Positions 18,742 to 28,368 of a stretch of 64,000 nt of DNA are shown in pieces (position 1 is the first letter of the stretch; each line of letters begins with the position of its first letter). The DNA is taken from positions 1-64,000 of the IMG/VR virus record IMGVR_UViG_3300045988_136447; one strand, 5' to 3'. The position numbers and the translations under genes are program-made. Origin of the DNA: a virus. Below the pieces are notes generated by a model. The model did no database searches. It was not told the origin of the DNA and saw nothing but the letters and a program-made list of their open reading frames with translations.

Positions 18742-19609
18742 TAACTTTGTACACTCACCGATGACATATACAGGGTCTAAGGATAAACTGTTATCCTTTT
18801 TACTTCCCTTATTCCCTGATAATATATGTACGCTGTATGATATGTTTTGTGGTGGACTAGCCATCACACTCAATACAAAAGCGGAAAAATATGTTGCAAA
18901 TGATATATGCAGGCAGCTGATCTGTATGTATAACCACATGCGCATTGCCCGGACTTCACTGTTTACACATAGTGTAGATGAGGTTATTTCTAGGTATGCC
19001 ATTGATACTTTAAGTGTGGAATCATACAATAAACTAAGAGATGATTACAACTTTATAGTGGCAACGCGGAGAGAGACTGAGTTTGACAGCGCCGTTATGT
19101 TATTTGTGTTAATTGCATATGCATATAACAGCGTTGTACGGTTCAATTCTGATGGGGAATTTAACACCCCTGCTGGTAAACAGAATAACAATCTAAACCC
19201 AAAACGTCGTGAGGCACTAAAAGAGTTTATTAACACTATTGTAAATAAGTATGTACTGTTTACGGCTATGCCTTTCAATGAAGCTATGCCGCAAATAGAA
19301 CACATGGATAAGAACGATTTTGTATACTGCGACCCACCGTACATGCTTACGTCTGCGGAGTACAATAAATTGTGGAGTTACAGTAATGAGTACCTGTTAT
19401 ACTCTACGCTTGACAAACTTAATGCCACAGGAGTGCGGTTCGGGTTATCAAACGTAGTCCGGTACAAAGGGAAGTTTAATCATGTGTTAGCTGACTGGAT
19501 GAGTAAATACACAGTACATTTTATAAACAAGGACGCTTATGCTGGAAGTTACCGTGTGAAAAGAAAAGAAGATGACATTACACAAGAAGTGTTTGTTTGC
19601 AACTACTAA
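18716..19609 (+). CDS. dam: DNA N6-adenine methyltransferase (Dam-like)
   Basis: Motif I FCGGLAI, motif IV DPPY. Confidence 0.85.
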   Translation: MEKLRMQADNFVHSPMTYTGSKDKLLSFLLPLFPDNICTLYDMFCGGLAITLNTKAEKYVANDICRQLICMYNHMRIARTSLFTHSVDEVISRYAIDTLSVESYNKLRDDYNFIVATRRETEFDSAVMLFVLIAYAYNSVVRFNSDGEFNTPAGKQNNNLNPKRREALKEFINTIVNKYVLFTAMPFNEAMPQIEHMDKNDFVYCDPPYMLTSAEYNKLWSYSNEYLLYSTLDKLNATGVRFGLSNVVRYKGKFNHVLADWMSKYTVHFINKDAYAGSYRVKRKEDDITQEVFVCNY

Positions 19610-19629
19610 ACCAACTGAAAGGGAATAAT

Positions 19630-20580
19630 ATGTCACTGTATTTGAAGTATCGCCCGAAAACGTTTGATGAGATTGTCGGGCAGCCGGACGCCGTAAAGCT
19701 CATGAAGGCGATTGTTGCTCAGAATCCCGAAGACCGCCCGAAAGTATTTCTCTTTGGCGGGGCTTCCGGCTGCGGCAAGACTACCCTCGCTACTGTATTT
19801 GCGAGGGCGATTGGGTGTGATCCTAACCACTCAAACTTTACGGTTATGGATGCGTCAAAAGACCGCAGCATTGACAGGATCAGAGAACTGTGTGACATGA
19901 TGGGTACGCGGCCGATCGGCAAAGAAGCGCAGGCGCGTATCTTCCTCCTTGACGAGTGTCATCAATTATTGAAGCCCGCGCAAGAAGCACTTCTTAAGAA
20001 ATGTGAGGATACCCCTCCGCAGACGATTATCATTTTTGCGACTACGGAACCTGACGCTTTGGGCAAGGCTCTGAGGAGCAGGTGTAAGATCATTACGATC
20101 AATCCGATGTCAAACAAGTCTATTTACGATAATCTTAACCGGGTTATCAAAGCGGAGGGTATCAAAATTGATGACAAAGACGTTATTAAGATCGCAAGAG
20201 CTTCTGACGGGAATACGCGTGTGTCATTACAAATTCTTGAAAACTACATGCTTAATGGCATGAATGCTGACAATGCAATTTCGATGTGCGGAGGCATGGG
20301 TGAGGAGCTGAAAGTTGATACGATCGAAATCTGCCGGATCATTGTCGGCAAGAAGCAGAATGAATGGGAAAAAGTAGCCGCTTTTTGCGCAAAGTACAAA
20401 GGGCAGGGAGAATCTGCCCGTCAAGCTATTTTAGGTTATTTGCGCTCTTGTATTTTGAAAAGCACAACCATGAAAGATCGGATGCGATTTGCTACGCTGA
20501 TCGAAGTGTTTTCTGTCCCGCACTATGACTGCTCAGACGCTGCACTTCCTATGCAGATTGCGTTTGCTCTTGAAGTGTGA
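19630..20580 (+). CDS. AAA+ clamp loader subunit (DNA pol III gamma/tau / RFC-like)
   Basis: Walker A GGASGCGKTT, Walker B LLDECH, SRC motif LRSRC. Confidence 0.8.
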   Translation: MSLYLKYRPKTFDEIVGQPDAVKLMKAIVAQNPEDRPKVFLFGGASGCGKTTLATVFARAIGCDPNHSNFTVMDASKDRSIDRIRELCDMMGTRPIGKEAQARIFLLDECHQLLKPAQEALLKKCEDTPPQTIIIFATTEPDALGKALRSRCKIITINPMSNKSIYDNLNRVIKAEGIKIDDKDVIKIARASDGNTRVSLQILENYMLNGMNADNAISMCGGMGEELKVDTIEICRIIVGKKQNEWEKVAAFCAKYKGQGESARQAILGYLRSCILKSTTMKDRMRFATLIEVFSVPHYDCSDAALPMQIAFALEV

Positions 20581-20581
20581 T

Positions 20582-20908
20582 ATGGGTACAAGTACGTCAT
20601 CGCTTGAAGTTGCCGATGTAGTCGGCAACCTCATTGCACAGATTATTTATGACGCGATATACAATTCACATTCGGATATCGATGATATAAAGAAGTCTGT
20701 GAATGCTTTGTTGCAACTCAATCAGGAGGTATTGGAATCGCTGTACCATGTCAAAGAAAACAGATATAAGCGCACTTTACATGTCTGTAAAAGAGTTGAA
20801 CATTTTATTGCGGGAGCATCGTATAAACCTTGTTGTAGATTTTATACACGAAACTGCTTGCGACGTTTTAGACGACTTGGGCGTGCTGAAACGGATAAAC
20901 GAGTATGA
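20582..20908 (+). CDS. hypothetical protein
   Basis: ORF, internal ATG just after upstream stop. Confidence 0.35.
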   Translation: MGTSTSSLEVADVVGNLIAQIIYDAIYNSHSDIDDIKKSVNALLQLNQEVLESLYHVKENRYKRTLHVCKRVEHFIAGASYKPCCRFYTRNCLRRFRRLGRAETDKRV

Positions 20909-21101
20909 CTATAACGTGTGTAAGAAATTCAGTTATGCTAAATGGCATACGACTGTAAAAAACAACACGGCACATTACTTGCCCATGCTGCCACATCATC
21001 TGTATGCTATGTTTTTAGTGTGTAGAAAAATGACCATCGAAGATAAAATTATAGTTATCGAAAATTTTGAACAGACAAGGATATGGAAAAATGTCTATTG
21101 A
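20748..21101 (+). CDS. hypothetical protein (alternative frame, overlaps previous)
   Basis: ORF only. Confidence 0.25.
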   Translation: MSKKTDISALYMSVKELNILLREHRINLVVDFIHETACDVLDDLGVLKRINEYDYNVCKKFSYAKWHTTVKNNTAHYLPMLPHHLYAMFLVCRKMTIEDKIIVIENFEQTRIWKNVY

Positions 21102-22416
21102 AGTAAAGATTGTGCATTTTATCAAGGGCATCACTGCATCAAATAAGCGGAATGACAAGAGAAACTTCCTGAGTGCGTTTTCGCGTGATGAAGATATCAA
21201 GTTGTTTCTCTCGTACATGTATAACCCGTACACTACATTTGGAATCACAGGAAATCAGGCAATTACGCATAACTGCTCAGACTGCAAATGCACTGATATC
21301 TTTATGTTGTTTAGGATGCTTGCAGAGCGCAAGCTTACTGGAAATAATGCGCTGTCTGCCGTAAAGTATTATATTGAAACTGCGGCATCCGCAGTTGTCG
21401 CATTTCAGCCCGAATATGACTTGACCTCTATTCGAAGTATCTTTGTAGATATCTTTAATCGCAATTTGAAAATCGGGATCGACAGTGCGACTATCAATGA
21501 AGTGCTTATAGGCCTGATTCCTGAATTTAAGGTTGCCCTTGCATTCGACATTAATAAAAACGAAAAGTATAGAGATAGGATTTCCAAGGAAGAATATCTC
21601 ATTTTGCGCAAGCTGGATGGCGTCCGTTGTATCACTATCATTAAGGATCATGACATAAGATTTTTCTCAAGAATTGGTAACGAGTTTACTTCACTCGGCA
21701 CTCTCAAGCGTGAGTTACAGAACTTTGCCAATTTCCACAGAGACTGCGTACTCGATGGCGAACTGTGCGTAATTGATGACGAGGGAAGAGAAAACTTTAA
21801 AGAAGCGGTGTCGCAGATCAAGCGCAAAAATTATGATATGGAAAATGCGCACTATAAAGTCTTCGACTACCTGACTTACCCGGAGTTTATGGGGTGTGTT
21901 GAAAGCCCGAAGTATGAAGATAGACTGAACTTCATCAGGAAAAGATTCGAGGGCCTGTCTCCGTCCGTAAGCGTAGTCGGAGCGGTAAGATACACCCCGT
22001 ATAACTTTACGAAGGCACAGTGCATTGTTGAAAAAAGAGGGTATGAAGGCCTGATTCTCAGGGCGAATCAGCCTTATCTGGCGGGGCGCACTTCCGATCT
22101 TTTGAAGGTCAAAAAGTTTGTGAGTGCGGAATACGTCATTGAAGATACGATTGCAACCGAAATGAACATGATGGACATGAATGGGCGCATGGTGCCTGTA
22201 AAATGTTTGGGGGCCTTTGTGATTCGCCACAAGGGTAATCCGGTATCAGTCGGCAGCGGGTTCACCGCCGAGCAGCGTATCGAGTTTTTGAAAAATGAAG
22301 AGAAGTACGTCGGAAGAACAATTACGGTTAAATATTTTGAAGAGACAACGGACGCGCATGGCGCTGCCAGTTTGCGCTTCCCCATTTTCGTCGGTTTCCG
22401 AGATACATTAATTTAG
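21094..22416 (+). CDS. ATP-dependent DNA ligase
   Basis: Motif I KLDGVR (KxDGxR). Confidence 0.8.
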   Translation, partial: SIEVKIVHFIKGITASNKRNDKRNFLSAFSRDEDIKLFLSYMYNPYTTFGITGNQAITHNCSDCKCTDIFMLFRMLAERKLTGNNALSAVKYYIETAASAVVAFQPEYDLTSIRSIFVDIFNRNLKIGIDSATINEVLIGLIPEFKVALAFDINKNEKYRDRISKEEYLILRKLDGVRCITIIKDHDIRFFSRIGNEFTSLGTLKRELQNFANFHRDCVLDGELCVIDDEGRENFKEAVSQIKRKNYDMENAHYKVFDYLTYPEFMGCVESPKYEDRLNFIRKRFEGLSPSVSVVGAVRYTPYNFTKAQCIVEKRGYEGLILRANQPYLAGRTSDLLKVKKFVSAEYVIEDTIATEMNMMDMNGRMVPVKCLGAFVIRHKGNPVSVGSGFTAEQRIEFLKNEEKYVGRTITVKYFEETTDAHGAASLRFPIFVGFRDTLI

Positions 22417-22436
22417 TAATTTTCCGTTTAGGGTAC

Positions 22437-22464
22437 TTGTAAAGTTAAAAACACCTGCTATATT
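22437..22464 (+). promoter_or_regulatory. sigma-70-like promoter TTGTAA-N16-TGcTATATT
   Basis: Motif family member; followed by AAGGAGG RBS and ATG 22498. Confidence 0.5.
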
Positions 22465-22497
22465 AAGTTAAACCAAAACTAACACAAGGAGGCGGCA

Positions 22498-22794
22498 ATG
22501 TCGAGTATTTGCACAAAAGAAGACTACGTACAGTACACAGAAGAGTACGTAAATGCGCTTGGGAAGAGCATGAAAGCAACGGCTGCGTATGAGATCGCCA
22601 AGCACAAAACACGCTTGAAACTCTATGCAAAGAAAGCAGCCGGAGAGAAGTACACGGAAGAGCAGATCAGAACGATGTCCATTGTGGAAAATGAGGAGCT
22701 GTACATCGAGTATATGAACGCTTCCTGTCGACTGGAAAAAGCACGTTCCGTGCTTGAATGTATGAAAAATATCTACAACAAGGAGGATAAGTGA
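22498..22794 (+). CDS. hypothetical coiled-coil protein
   Basis: ORF with AAGGAGG RBS. Confidence 0.5.
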   Translation: MSSICTKEDYVQYTEEYVNALGKSMKATAAYEIAKHKTRLKLYAKKAAGEKYTEEQIRTMSIVENEELYIEYMNASCRLEKARSVLECMKNIYNKEDK

Positions 22795-23945
22795 TGGGTA
22801 ACGCGCAAACTTTTCTTGAAAGGCTGAGAGCCGAACGTGAACGGCGTCTTGCAAAAAACAAAGAAGCGGTCAGCGGAGAATCTCGGGAATTTCTCCTCAC
22901 CGAAAATCTTCCGGAAGGGAATAAACTGTGGTGGCCTTCCGAAGATACGGAAGTCACGATGCACATTCTCCCCTTTATGGTGGGGAAGAAAGACAACATT
23001 GCGGAAGAGGAAGTCGGGCATTTCGCTATTGTGCGGAAAGTGAAAATCCATTTCCTCCCGAATCGGGCGGTAAAGGTGTGTCCGGAAACGTATGGGCATA
23101 CTTGCCCGCTGTGTGAAAAGTATCGCTCGTATGCCAAAGACGAGCGAAGCAAGAAGGGCAGCCCGGCCACGAAGTACAAAGCAAAGGAACTCGCCCTTTT
23201 CAACGCGCTTTTCAGAGTTCCGGGCAAGGACGGAAAGAATCGTCTTGAGGTTCGGGTTGTGCGCGGAGGTGCTTTCGCCGGGTGGGAAAGCATCATGAAA
23301 GAGATCAAAGGCGAAGCTGCCATTAAGGCAAATGCACCTTATGCAGACAAGATTTACATGTTTGACGATCTTGTCGATGGGTATTGGATGAATATCCGGT
23401 GTAATAAGGCTTCCATTGCTGGCGGGAGCGGCACTGGGGATGCATCGTTCATGCAGTTTACCCGCGTGAATCTTTTGTGGAAAGAGAAGTCTTCCCCGAT
23501 CCCCGAAGCCATCATTCCCCGCATTGCGGATATCGACATGCTCATCCCTCCCCCGGCTACAGCCGATGAACTTCGGTCGGCCTTTGATATGAAGGATGCC
23601 AGCGTCACGGAAGCGGAGGAAGAGGAGTTCGAAAGTCTTGAACTTTCGAACGAGACGCTTGATGAGATTGACTGCGGCCCCAAAAAGAATCCGGAGCCGG
23701 AGCCGGAAGCCGAAGAAATCGACGATCTCGAAGAGATGGAGGAAGAAGTGAAGGGAGAGGTTGAAGAGGAGCCCGAGCCCGAGCCTGAGCCGAAAAAGAA
23801 AGCAGAAGTCAAGCGCAAACCCGCCAAGAAGGTCGAGCCGGAGCCGGAACCCGAGCCGGAGCCGGAAGTCGAAGAAGCCAAATCCGAAGATTCGGAAGAA
23901 TCTGATGATAGTGACCCCTTTGGCGATGACGAGTTTGATTTGTAA
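22791..23945 (+). CDS. putative ssDNA-binding protein (gp32-like: His/Cys zinc site + acidic PEPEPE C-terminal tail ending DDSDPFGDDEFDL)
   Basis: HTCPLCEKY motif; acidic tail resembling SSB/gp32 C-termini. Confidence 0.35.
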   Translation: MMGNAQTFLERLRAERERRLAKNKEAVSGESREFLLTENLPEGNKLWWPSEDTEVTMHILPFMVGKKDNIAEEEVGHFAIVRKVKIHFLPNRAVKVCPETYGHTCPLCEKYRSYAKDERSKKGSPATKYKAKELALFNALFRVPGKDGKNRLEVRVVRGGAFAGWESIMKEIKGEAAIKANAPYADKIYMFDDLVDGYWMNIRCNKASIAGGSGTGDASFMQFTRVNLLWKEKSSPIPEAIIPRIADIDMLIPPPATADELRSAFDMKDASVTEAEEEEFESLELSNETLDEIDCGPKKNPEPEPEAEEIDDLEEMEEEVKGEVEEEPEPEPEPKKKAEVKRKPAKKVEPEPEPEPEPEVEEAKSEDSEESDDSDPFGDDEFDL

Positions 23946-23955
23946 TCAATAACTT

Positions 23956-23980
23956 ATAGGGGAGGTGTTCCCTCCCCTAT
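23956..23980 (+). terminator. Stem-loop ataggggagg-tgttc-cctcccctat
   Basis: Inverted repeat immediately after stop of 22791-23945. Confidence 0.4.
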
Positions 23981-23986
23981 TGAGGT

Positions 23987-24196
23987 TTGATAATGGAGAT
24001 CGGCTACAAACGTACGGTCAGAGTAAGAGCTTACGAATGTATTACGATGGAAGTCACCGCAGAGGTTGACGAATTCGATTTTACAGAGCTTAAGCAGAAA
24101 CTCGACAAGGAAATCGAAGAACATGCCGCATACTTAAAGGTAAAGGGAAGCGGCGTGTGTGACGAAGACGAAGAACATGCTATTTACGAAGAATGA
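23987..24196 (+). CDS. hypothetical small protein
   Basis: ORF. Confidence 0.35.
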   Translation: MIMEIGYKRTVRVRAYECITMEVTAEVDEFDFTELKQKLDKEIEEHAAYLKVKGSGVCDEDEEHAIYEE

Positions 24197-24501
24197 AAAG
24201 ACACAGAAAAGAGGTAGACGATATCTACCACGTTGAGCTTGATCTCAATCAAGTTAATCCCTCTATGTCAGTTGACGATTTGAGGGAGGTTGCACTTCGT
24301 AATAACGTGTACCTAAAGTATAAGCGGGATTCGGGACTTACCGACGAAGCTTGGGTGAGGGCTCTTTCCATCAAAAATGAAAGGGAGCGTGCATATTCGA
24401 ACCTTACAACTATGGTTCCGAATACCATACTTAACAAGGCGCGAATCGTGTCGCTCTCAGTTAAAAAACTTGTTTCGACACTACATAACAGAGGATTATA
24501 A
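24193..24501 (+). CDS. hypothetical protein
   Basis: ORF, ATGA overlap. Confidence 0.4.
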   Translation: MKRHRKEVDDIYHVELDLNQVNPSMSVDDLREVALRNNVYLKYKRDSGLTDEAWVRALSIKNERERAYSNLTTMVPNTILNKARIVSLSVKKLVSTLHNRGL

Positions 24502-24503
24502 AC

Positions 24504-25385
24504 ATGAAGAAAATCGAAGCTCCTGAAAATGCGGCAAAACTTCTCGTTGATGTTCGTGGTGTTCTTTATGGTGCCTTCTTTTGGGCGCGAAAAACTTACA
24601 ATATGGAGAACACGAAAGAGTTTCACGGAGCTATTCTGTACAGATTCTTTCAGAAGCTGAAATATGCGCATTACTACGCAAATACGAATCGCATTTATTT
24701 CTGCCTCGATTCAAAAGAATCGAAACGCAAGGAACTTTACCCTGAGTACAAAGCGAATCGCATCAAAAATGAAGACCTGATTGCCTGCTTTCCGTTTTTT
24801 GAAAAAATACAGAATACCATTCTCCCCGGAATGGGATTCAACAACGTAGTTCAGTACGAAGGTCTCGAAGCTGATGACATTATCGCCTCTATCTGCATCA
24901 ATGAAAAGAAGCTCCCTGTTGTAATTTACTCTGAGGACGCTGACCTGTATCAGTGTCTTAAAGGCAACGTCACGATCCTCAGCCCGAGCCACTCATCTGA
25001 TAAATTTCCGTCTTTGATGACGGTATTGAAGTTTCAGAAAATTTTTGAGCTCGATCCGTCCATGTGGGTTGAAGTGAAGGCTATTGCAGGGTGTGCGACA
25101 GACAACGTTAAACTCTTGAAGGGGATCGGTGAGACTACCGCTATCAAGTATCTGAAAGGCGAACTCAAGGGCGGGATGAAAAAGGCCCTGATCGACGTCA
25201 GTCCTGATGTTATCGCGTTTACAAGAAAGCTCGTTGAGCTGCCGTTCGGTGGCGAAGTTCTTGATATCAAGTATAAGCCCGATGACTTCAACAAGGAATA
25301 CTTTGCAAAAGTGATCCAAGAATATGGTTTGGCTTCTATGGCCACTGATTCTTTTTGGAACGATTTCTTTGGGTGGGGTGCATAA
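24504..25385 (+). CDS. 5'-3' exonuclease / flap endonuclease (Pol I 5' nuclease / T4 RNase H family)
   Basis: FCLDSKESKRKELYPEYKANR and EGLEADDIIA motifs. Confidence 0.8.
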   Translation: MKKIEAPENAAKLLVDVRGVLYGAFFWARKTYNMENTKEFHGAILYRFFQKLKYAHYYANTNRIYFCLDSKESKRKELYPEYKANRIKNEDLIACFPFFEKIQNTILPGMGFNNVVQYEGLEADDIIASICINEKKLPVVIYSEDADLYQCLKGNVTILSPSHSSDKFPSLMTVLKFQKIFELDPSMWVEVKAIAGCATDNVKLLKGIGETTAIKYLKGELKGGMKKALIDVSPDVIAFTRKLVELPFGGEVLDIKYKPDDFNKEYFAKVIQEYGLASMATDSFWNDFFGWGA

Positions 25386-25837
25386 TGGTTTTTATCGGGA
25401 TTGATCCGGGAAAAACAGGAAGCATTACCGTGCTGGACGAGAAGGAAGGCACGGTAAATATCACATCAATGCCTAAAACGATTGCAGAAATGCAAGACGT
25501 GTTTGATTCTATTTGCAGTAATCGGAATATGAATGAACTCTATGCCGTACTGGAACAGGTTCATTCTATGCCGGGGCAGGGGGTTGCTTCATGCTTTACG
25601 TTCGGTAAAGCCTATGGGTGGCTTCAAGCCATGCTTGCCGCACATCATATTAAGACGATCGAGATTACCCCCCAAAAATGGATGAAACTGATCGGTGCCT
25701 TGCCGAAAGACAAGCACGCCCGTAAAGTCGCAATTCAGGATTGGGTACAAAAACGGATCGGCAGGGCCTGCGGTCTTGGGGTTGCCGATGGGGTTGCACT
25801 TGCTATTTTATGTAAAGAGATTTGGAGGTTGAAATGA
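25385..25837 (+). CDS. RuvC-like Holliday junction resolvase
   Basis: N-terminal IGIDPGKTGSI. Confidence 0.7.
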   Translation: MVFIGIDPGKTGSITVLDEKEGTVNITSMPKTIAEMQDVFDSICSNRNMNELYAVLEQVHSMPGQGVASCFTFGKAYGWLQAMLAAHHIKTIEITPQKWMKLIGALPKDKHARKVAIQDWVQKRIGRACGLGVADGVALAILCKEIWRLK

Positions 25838-26067
25838 ACTACGTCCCTAAACTTGGAAGATACATTGCAGAGCACGATATCGACCTTCGTCACACCGCAA
25901 AGCGTTTGCATATTTCGCTGAATGCGGCGCGGCGCTATGCCTATGAAACAGGCACAACACGGATGTTTGCTGCTATGGCTTGGGCTTATGCGCTGAATTG
26001 CACGCCTGAGGATTTGCTCGAAACAAAAGAAACTGGTGATGCGTTGCAGTGGAAAGACAAGAAATAA
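25834..26067 (+). CDS. small HTH DNA-binding protein
   Basis: GGAGG RBS; HTH-like segment DLRHTAKRLHISLNAARRY. Confidence 0.4.
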   Translation: MNYVPKLGRYIAEHDIDLRHTAKRLHISLNAARRYAYETGTTRMFAAMAWAYALNCTPEDLLETKETGDALQWKDKK

Positions 26068-27248
26068 AATCCATCGAGCTTGTCAACATCCAAAAGCACA
26101 AGCACATCACATTGTCGCTTTCCGGTATCAACGTATTAATCGGAGAGACGGAAAGCGGCAAAACGTCAATTTTACGCGGTATTCTGTGGAACATCCTCAA
26201 CAATACGTCTGGCGAAAAGCTCCTCAATAACGATGGCGCAAAGGCCTGCTCTGTGACCATTACATGCGGTGACGATGTAGTGTCTCGGAACTGGAGTAAA
26301 ACGGAAAACACTTACGCATTAAACGGCAAGAAGTTTTCCGCTATCAGAACGTCTGTTCCGGATGAAGTAAGTAAGCTGTATGCCGTCGATTCCGTAAACA
26401 TACAGCGCAGACGCGACGTGCCGTTTATGGTGTACTATAAGGACACTGAGTGCGCTAAACAGTTTGGGGATATGCTGGACGTATCGGAAATCGATCAAAC
26501 GATCGGGGCCAGTAATGCCCATGTACGCGAACTTAAAACGGAATGTGACGCCCTGAGCGCCGCGGTATCAAGCGGTGAAAAGGAGCTTGAAGAGCTTTCG
26601 TTTATCGATGAAGCTGCTGAATCGTTTTCTGCAATCAAAGAATTAGTAGTGTCTGCTGATTCTGAGGAAAGAAAACAGGAACGTTTTGGGGTTTTATCCG
26701 AGAAACTCACGCAAGCCGCCGAGTACACAAACAAGTACATCGCGCTTGGTGACGCACTTAAACAGTTTACTGCGCTTGACAAGTTCAGCGAAGATATAAC
26801 CTGTATTCAGGGGCAGTTGGAAACCTATATAACTTTGCATACTTCTCTAATGAGTACGAAGAAGCTGTTTGATAAGTACACTAAGTATGATGAAGCTTAT
26901 CATCTATTAATGTACTTTAATAATGATGCATCTGTACTTAGGGAAATTATTGCAGGGGGCAAAGAGCTTTCTGCTCTGAAAAATGAGCTTGTATCTTTAG
27001 ACTGCTCTAAATTTGAAAATTTAGACGAATCCATTAAGGAGCTGAATCAGATCACCAACTCTGCCGAGGAGATCGGTGCTATTGAAAATAAGGTTCATTC
27101 TTTATTTTTACTTTCAACGGACTACGTACAGGCGCAGACAGACAAAACGAAAAAAGAAGATCGGTACAGTGCTCTTCAACGGAAATTCAAGTCAGAAATG
27201 CCGAAAGTATGCCCGCTGTGTAATCAACCGATAGAGGTGCATGAATGA
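26049..27248 (+). CDS. sbcC: SbcC/Rad50-like ATPase, N-terminal half (head A + coiled coil, ending at CPLC zinc hook)
   Basis: Walker A LIGETESGKTS; long coiled coil; C-terminal …CPLCNQPIEVHE. Confidence 0.75.
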   Translation: MERQEIKSIELVNIQKHKHITLSLSGINVLIGETESGKTSILRGILWNILNNTSGEKLLNNDGAKACSVTITCGDDVVSRNWSKTENTYALNGKKFSAIRTSVPDEVSKLYAVDSVNIQRRRDVPFMVYYKDTECAKQFGDMLDVSEIDQTIGASNAHVRELKTECDALSAAVSSGEKELEELSFIDEAAESFSAIKELVVSADSEERKQERFGVLSEKLTQAAEYTNKYIALGDALKQFTALDKFSEDITCIQGQLETYITLHTSLMSTKKLFDKYTKYDEAYHLLMYFNNDASVLREIIAGGKELSALKNELVSLDCSKFENLDESIKELNQITNSAEEIGAIENKVHSLFLLSTDYVQAQTDKTKKEDRYSALQRKFKSEMPKVCPLCNQPIEVHE

Positions 27249-28126
27249 AAATACTTGCCATAGCGGATATGCACTTGACGGAGCACAGGCCGGTATGCCG
27301 CTCTGAAAATGAAAACTGGATTCAAGTAATTGATGAAAAATTCAATCAAATCAGAGACATGGCAGAAGGATTCTGCGCAGATCAAATCGTCATAGCAGGT
27401 GATGTTTTTGACGTTCCGGCAAGAAATACAAACTGGTTCATGTGTCAGTGCATTACATGGTTTGATATGCTGAAAACCGTTTGCCCGGTGAATGCAATTC
27501 CCGGAAATCATGATTTGATTATGGGGGATCAGGACAGCATTTACAGTACAAGCTTCGGCATACTCGAACAGGCAGGATGCATCTCTATCCCTGAGAATTT
27601 AGGGATTATCCCTTACGGAGAAACTAGAATTCAAGGGGAAACTAAGGCAGTTGTTGCCCATCAGGGACTATGGCTGAAAGAAAAACCGTTTGAAGGGGCT
27701 TCTGACAGCGGAAATGTGCATACTTGGGTGAAAGAGCATTTGCCGGAAGAGTGCAGACTTCTGATTACAGGACATTTTCACGTTCCGTTCTGTTGCAAGT
27801 CTGGAAACACTGCGGTTATTAACTGCGGAAGTATGTTCCGTCTACGGGCCGATCAGGTAGACTACCAGCCCGGAATGTGGTTGATTGACTACGATCAAAA
27901 GTCAGATTCCGTAAAAGTAAAACGAATGCCGTTTATCCTCACAAACCAAATCAGGAGAGACTACATTGAAGAAGCAGAAGAAAAAAAGAGACTTGAATCT
28001 CTGGTGGGTTCTGTTGAAGGAGACTTTGAATTGTCGCTCAATTTCAAAGATAACTTTTACAACCTCACGTCTGAAATTGACAATCGAGAAGAAATAATCA
28101 AAGAGTTTGAAAGGTGTACTAAATGA
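27245..28126 (+). CDS. sbcD: SbcD/Mre11-family nuclease
   Basis: Phosphoesterase motifs ADMH, GDVFD, GNHD, HQG. Confidence 0.85.
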   Translation: MKILAIADMHLTEHRPVCRSENENWIQVIDEKFNQIRDMAEGFCADQIVIAGDVFDVPARNTNWFMCQCITWFDMLKTVCPVNAIPGNHDLIMGDQDSIYSTSFGILEQAGCISIPENLGIIPYGETRIQGETKAVVAHQGLWLKEKPFEGASDSGNVHTWVKEHLPEECRLLITGHFHVPFCCKSGNTAVINCGSMFRLRADQVDYQPGMWLIDYDQKSDSVKVKRMPFILTNQIRRDYIEEAEEKKRLESLVGSVEGDFELSLNFKDNFYNLTSEIDNREEIIKEFERCTK

Positions 28127-28368
28127 ATGTAGCGGAAGAACTTTGTGATCTCAAACGTGCGTTGGAGACGGCAAAAGAGAATCGTGATCGTGCTCAAGGA
28201 AAACTTGAAGTGTTGCACAAGCAGCTTGAAGAGTATGGATTCACTTCCATTGAAGAACTTCAAAACGCCATCTCTGAGTTGAAATTGTCATACGAAAAGA
28301 AGAAAGTTGAGATTCAGGAGAAGATCAATGATTTCAAAAGAAAATATGGGGATATGCTCAACGATTGA
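28123..28368 (+). CDS. coiled-coil segment (possible middle part of split SbcC)
   Basis: Heptad-rich 81-aa ORF overlapping next ORF in another frame. Confidence 0.35.
   Translation: MNVAEELCDLKRALETAKENRDRAQGKLEVLHKQLEEYGFTSIEELQNAISELKLSYEKKKVEIQEKINDFKRKYGDMLND

Noticed and set aside
22667-23881. Minus-strand ORFs 22667-23323 and 23354-23881 (SGSGSG-rich)
   Set aside because: They are antisense to the SSB-like gene; the SGS repeats are simply the reverse-complement translation of the PEPEPE-encoding repeats
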